Assembly (NCBI GenBank): GCA_028711505.1
Contig: JAQTSC010000002.1
Location: 11,936 to 75,935, forward strand
Direction of reading: 5' to 3'
Length of the DNA: 64,000 nt
From: Minisyncoccota bacterium
Lineage (GTDB): Bacteria > Patescibacteriota > Minisyncoccia > JAHISW01 > Tagabacteraceae
Below the pieces are notes generated by a model. It was not told where the DNA came from, made no database searches, and worked only from the letters and a program-made list of their open reading frames with translations. Positions 59,891 to 64,000 of this stretch are shown in pieces. Numbering within the stretch: the first letter of the stretch is position 1; each line of letters opens with the position of its first letter. A program made the translations under genes and the position numbers.

Positions 59891-61171
59891 ATGCCAATAA
59901 AACCGACAAAAAAAGAACCGGTGCAAAAAGCCAAGGGCATGCACGATATTCTGCCCAAAGAATATCTTTTAAGAAAAAAATTTGTTGAAAAAGCGGCGGC
60001 AATCGCCTTTTTTTACGGATTTAAACCCGTACGCACGCCCATACTCGAAAAAGAGGAGCTTTTTACGACAACACTCGGAGAGACAACCGATATCGTTGAA
60101 AAAGAAATGTATAATCTCAAAACCAAAGGCGGCGACAAACTTGTTCTAAGGCCCGAAGGTACGGCTCCCATGACGCGCCTTTACATTGAACACGGACTCC
60201 ACACCAAACCTCAGCCGGTAATGCTTTACTACGAAGGTTCTTTCTTTAGGCACGAAAATCCTCAAAAAGGAAGACGCAGAGAATTTGAACAGCTGGGGCT
60301 TGAGATACTCGGAGAAACAGACCCGATCACGGACGCGACAATTATAAAAACATTTCTCGTGATACTTGAAGAAGCGGCGGGGTTAAAACCGATAACTCTC
60401 CGCATCAATTCCGTAGGATGCAAAAACTGCAGAAAAGCTTATCTAAAAGAACTTACAACCTATTTACGCAAAAAATCTTCGTATTTATGCAAAAATTGCA
60501 ACCGCCGCATCAAAACAAACCCTCTCCGAATTTTAGACTGCAAAGAAGAAAGCTGCGCGAAAATAAAAGAAGAAGCTCCTCAGATCATAAATTACCTGTG
60601 CGATCCGTGTAAAAATCATTTTAAAGAAACGCTTGAGGTGCTTGATTCGTCCGAAATCCCCTACTACATCGACCACTATCTTGTTCGCGGGCTTGATTAC
60701 TATTCCAGAACCGCTTTTGAACTTACGATTGAAGACGACTCCCTGGTGCTTGTCGGAGGCGGACGCTATGATTCACTGGCAAAGATGCTTGGCGGCAAGG
60801 ATATTCCCGCAGTCGGCGCCGCTTTGGGCGTTGACCGCGTAATCGAAAAAATGAAAGAAAAAGGAAAAGACGACCTGGAAAAGAAAAAACCGAAAGTATT
60901 TTTCATCCAGCTTGGAAACGAAGCGAAATTCAAAAGCTTAAAGATCCTGGAAATCCTAAGAAAAGCAAAAATACCGGTAAGGCATTCTTTAACCAAAAAC
61001 AGCATGAGAGGACAGTTGAACCTGGCGGGAAAAACAAAAGCTCCCTACGCGCTGATATTCGGGCAAAAAGAATCTTTAGACAATTCCATAATCGTCAAAA
61101 ATGTGGAAACAGCGTCTCAGGAAACGGTGCCGCTTTCCAATCTCGCCGAATACTTAAAAAAGAAGCTATGA
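59891..61171 (+). CDS. hisS: histidine--tRNA ligase
   Basis: LRPEGTA; LVRGLDYY; GGGRYD. Confidence 0.97.
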   Translation: MPIKPTKKEPVQKAKGMHDILPKEYLLRKKFVEKAAAIAFFYGFKPVRTPILEKEELFTTTLGETTDIVEKEMYNLKTKGGDKLVLRPEGTAPMTRLYIEHGLHTKPQPVMLYYEGSFFRHENPQKGRRREFEQLGLEILGETDPITDATIIKTFLVILEEAAGLKPITLRINSVGCKNCRKAYLKELTTYLRKKSSYLCKNCNRRIKTNPLRILDCKEESCAKIKEEAPQIINYLCDPCKNHFKETLEVLDSSEIPYYIDHYLVRGLDYYSRTAFELTIEDDSLVLVGGGRYDSLAKMLGGKDIPAVGAALGVDRVIEKMKEKGKDDLEKKKPKVFFIQLGNEAKFKSLKILEILRKAKIPVRHSLTKNSMRGQLNLAGKTKAPYALIFGQKESLDNSIIVKNVETASQETVPLSNLAEYLKKKL

Positions 61172-61536
61172 CAGACTGCGTTTTCTGCAAAATCTTAAAC
61201 GGAGAGATAAAAACGGAATTCCTTTACAAAGACGACATGGTTTCGGCGTTTAAAGACGCGAAACCAATGGCGCCCGCTCACGTTTTGATAATTCCAAACC
61301 GGCATATTGAAACAATCGACGACCTAGAAAAAACGGACGAGCCCGTCGCCGGACGGATGATAATGGCCGCGCAAAAAATCGCCAGGGATTTGAACATTTC
61401 AGAAAAAGGATATAAACTTCTTTTCAGGGTTAAAAAACACGGAGGGCAGGAAGTAAACCATATTCATCTTCATCTTGTGGGAGGCGCTCCCCTCTCCGAA
61501 AATATACACCCGATAGGCGTTAATTTTAAAAATTAA
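61168..61536 (+). CDS. HIT-family nucleotide-binding protein
   Basis: DCVFCKI; HIHLHLVGG. Confidence 0.95.
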   Translation: MTDCVFCKILNGEIKTEFLYKDDMVSAFKDAKPMAPAHVLIIPNRHIETIDDLEKTDEPVAGRMIMAAQKIARDLNISEKGYKLLFRVKKHGGQEVNHIHLHLVGGAPLSENIHPIGVNFKN

Positions 61537-61554
61537 AACAATAACCAATCAATA

Positions 61555-61794
61555 ATGGTCCAAGTCACAAAAAAGAAAAAAGAAACCACGGTGAGTTTGC
61601 TAAAAAGATTCAGCCGGAAGATGAAACAGTCGGGAGTTATTTCGAAATTCAAAAATCGCCAATTTAAGACAAGGGCGAAATCGGCGCTGAAGAAAAAAGA
61701 AGAAGCGCTGAAAAGAATGGCGCGCGCGAAAAAAATGGAAAAACTTTTCAAACTCGGGAAAATAAAACCGACGGCATATTCTCATAAATCATGA
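61555..61794 (+). CDS. rpsU: 30S ribosomal protein S21
   Basis: small basic protein; LLKRFSRK...SG; precedes yqeY. Confidence 0.7.
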   Translation: MVQVTKKKKETTVSLLKRFSRKMKQSGVISKFKNRQFKTRAKSALKKKEEALKRMARAKKMEKLFKLGKIKPTAYSHKS

Positions 61795-62264
61795 ATCTCA
61801 AAGAAAAAATAAAGGAAGAACTCAAAAACGGGATGAGAGAGAAAAACGAAGTAAAAGTCTCCGTAATGAAGATGCTTCTTTCGTCCATAAACAATAAAGA
61901 AATAGAACTCAAACAGAAAGAAACCGGAATAAGCGAAGAAAAAATGATAGAAGCAGTAAGGGCGGAAGCGAAAAAGCGGCGCGACGCGGCCGCGGCTTAC
62001 ACTGAAGCGAAACGCGACGATTTGGCCCGGAAAGAAAAAGAAGAAAATTTAATCATAGAAGCTCTTCTTCCCGAAGAACTTCCTCTTGAAGAAATTGAAA
62101 AAATAGCGAAAGAAGCCGTGGCGGAATCAAAAGCCGAATCTATTAAAGATTTCGGTCAAGCGATGAAAGTCGCCATGCAAAAAATCAAAGGCCGCGCGTC
62201 CGGCGACAAAGTGGGAGCCGCGATAAAAAAAGCTCTTGAAAATTCCGGCTGCGTCCAATGTTAA
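61791..62264 (+). CDS. GatB/YqeY domain protein
   Basis: KKRRD...Y....R.DLA.KE..E; KDFGQAMK; KGRASG. Confidence 0.92.
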   Translation: MNLKEKIKEELKNGMREKNEVKVSVMKMLLSSINNKEIELKQKETGISEEKMIEAVRAEAKKRRDAAAAYTEAKRDDLARKEKEENLIIEALLPEELPLEEIEKIAKEAVAESKAESIKDFGQAMKVAMQKIKGRASGDKVGAAIKKALENSGCVQC

Positions 62265-62608
62265 ACTTAGTCAATTTGACAAAAAAAAGAAGGCCGGCTT
62301 TGCCCTGGGAAAAAATCAAAGACATGGTCCTCGGCAAAAAATATTCGCTCAGTGTAATTTTGGCGGAAAATAAGCTCATGTCCAAATTCAACCGGGTTTA
62401 TCGGAACAAAAAAACCCCGGCAGACACACTATCGTTTATAATAAACAAAGGATACGGGGAGATTTTTCTAAACTCAAAAAATACTCACAAAAAAGCTCTT
62501 TCCCTCTTTGTCCACTCCCTTCTCCACCTGAAAGGGATGGAACACGGAGAAAAAATGGAAAAAACAGAACAAAAATATTTCAAAAAAATCTGCGAAGAGT
62601 TAAAATAA
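62258..62608 (+). CDS. ybeY: rRNA maturation RNase YbeY
   Basis: YRNK..PADTLSF; HSLLHLKGMEH. Confidence 0.9.
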   Translation: MLNLVNLTKKRRPALPWEKIKDMVLGKKYSLSVILAENKLMSKFNRVYRNKKTPADTLSFIINKGYGEIFLNSKNTHKKALSLFVHSLLHLKGMEHGEKMEKTEQKYFKKICEELK

Positions 62609-62631
62609 AGTCATAAGCAAAACAGTATTTT

Positions 62632-63810
62632 ATGGCGCGGGATATCATAATGGGAATAGATATCGGCACATCGTCGATTAAGACGGCGATAGCCGAAAAA
62701 AGAAAAAACGAAACTCTTCCTTACATACTTGGGACGGGCTCAAGCCCAAGCTTGGGGCTCAGAAAAGGCTACATAATAGACAGCCGCGAAGTAGGAGCGG
62801 CAATAAAAGATTCTCTAAAAAAAGCCAGAGAAAACACGGGCATAAGCATCAAGCAGGCATATGTTTCGGTCGGAGGAGCGGGAATTGACGCCGTAAGGTC
62901 AAAAGGCTCAATCGCCGTTTCCAGAGCCGACCACGAAATCAGCGATGCGGACGTAAAAAGATCTTTAAGCCAGTGCGAAACTCAGCTGCGCAGAACTTCT
63001 TCTTCCTACCTTCTAAACAGAGACATAATCCATGTCTTCCCTATCGCCTATAAAATAGACGACGAACCGGTTATGGGAAATCCCGTTGGAATGAGAGGAG
63101 AAAAACTTGAAGTTGATGCTCTTTTTATAACGATTTTATCCCAGCATTTAAGCGGTCTTGAAAAAAGCCTTGAAATTGCCGGAATCTCCATTGAAGACGT
63201 AGTTGTTGATTCTTGGGCAACAAGCCACGCTCTTTTGGGCAAAAAGGATAAAGAAGTCGGATGCATTCTCGTAAACATAGGGGGCGATACCTCTTCCTTA
63301 ATGGTCTTTGAAGAAGGCGGCCCTATTTCCCACGAAATTCTACCCATTGGTTCAAATCACATAACATACGACATCGCGCAGGCATTCCAGGTGGGCTTAA
63401 ACGAAGCGGAAGAATTTAAACTTTCTTACGGAAAAGACATAGCCATCAAAAAAAAGCTGGCAAGCGTAATAGAACCGCGTCTTAAAGATATTTTTGAATT
63501 TGTTGAAAATCATCTTGATAAAATAAAAAGAGCTAAACTTCTTCCGGGGGGAATAATTCTGACCGGCGGCGGTTCAAAGCTTGAAGGAATAGACGAGATT
63601 GCAAAAAAATCACTGCAGCTTCCGGTAAAAATATGCAGAGGAGAATTTCCGGGCGCGCCGAAGGGTTCGCACGCCGACCCGTCATGGTCGGTTGCTCTCG
63701 GCCTCTGCCTTATCGGAGCAAACGAAAGTAATATCCCATCTTTCGGACAAGACATCATGTCCAAACCGAAAGGAAAAATCGCTCAATTTTTCAAAAATTT
63801 TATACCTTAA
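62632..63810 (+). CDS. ftsA: cell division protein FtsA
   Basis: GIDIGTSSIK; NPVGM; LTGGGSKL. Confidence 0.95.
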   Translation: MARDIIMGIDIGTSSIKTAIAEKRKNETLPYILGTGSSPSLGLRKGYIIDSREVGAAIKDSLKKARENTGISIKQAYVSVGGAGIDAVRSKGSIAVSRADHEISDADVKRSLSQCETQLRRTSSSYLLNRDIIHVFPIAYKIDDEPVMGNPVGMRGEKLEVDALFITILSQHLSGLEKSLEIAGISIEDVVVDSWATSHALLGKKDKEVGCILVNIGGDTSSLMVFEEGGPISHEILPIGSNHITYDIAQAFQVGLNEAEEFKLSYGKDIAIKKKLASVIEPRLKDIFEFVENHLDKIKRAKLLPGGIILTGGGSKLEGIDEIAKKSLQLPVKICRGEFPGAPKGSHADPSWSVALGLCLIGANESNIPSFGQDIMSKPKGKIAQFFKNFIP

Positions 63811-63863
63811 AAAACAGCGTTTTTTGCAAGAAAAAAGTTGACCACTTCAAGCAATTCTATTCT

Positions 63864-63899
63864 GATAAAACTCCCGTTGACAATAACGGGAGTTTTATC
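63864..63899. terminator. 15-bp stem hairpin between ftsA and ftsZ
   Basis: GATAAAACTCCCGTT-GACAAT-AACGGGAGTTTTATC. Confidence 0.6.
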
Positions 63900-63914
63900 T
63901 AATTTTTATATATC

Positions 63915-64000
63915 ATGACTCGAGTTCAACCAGACGTAGAAGCATTCGCCAGAATAAAGGTTTTAGGCATTGGCGGTTCGGGCGCGAATACCGTTGACCA
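63915..64000 (+). CDS. ftsZ: cell division protein FtsZ (5' fragment)
   Basis: MTRVQPDVEAFARIKVLGIGGSGAN directly after ftsA. Confidence 0.92.
   Translation, partial: MTRVQPDVEAFARIKVLGIGGSGANTVD

Overview
A 64 kb chromosomal segment of a small-genome bacterium, most likely Patescibacteria/CPR (Parcubacteria-like). That assignment is inferred from split transketolase, short IF-2 and S1, a type IV pilus locus with no secretin in the window, VirB2/TrbC-like pilin arrays, and tRNA-Ile(UAU) plus tRNA-Arg(GCG). The backbone is housekeeping: rpsF-ssb-rpsR, recA, ftsK, pentose-phosphate genes, gatCA, ligA, recG, ftsH, infB-rbfA, gyrA, rpsA, pth, lepB, hisS, rpsU, ybeY, ftsA and the start of ftsZ, plus 11 tRNAs. 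The pilus region (pilMNO, pilB, receiver protein, pilT, pilC, pilin, pilD, comF, four minor pilins) spans about 17.4-35 kb. Main observations: (1) a stand-alone Csx3/Crn3-like protein and an unknown partner behind a consensus promoter, with no CRISPR locus in view; (2) two tandem candidate pilus-tip adhesins that share an identical 647-bp block and differ by an in-frame LamG cassette; (3) perfect DnaA boxes at matching positions upstream of pilus promoters; (4) a pilin pair with identical N-terminal and diverged C-terminal halves; (5) five VirB2-like pilins behind an orphan solute-binding protein; (6) apparently leaderless core genes versus Shine-Dalgarno-led orphan genes. No CRISPR array, transposase, integrase, reverse transcriptase or rRNA was seen. 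All calls are by eye, without database searches.
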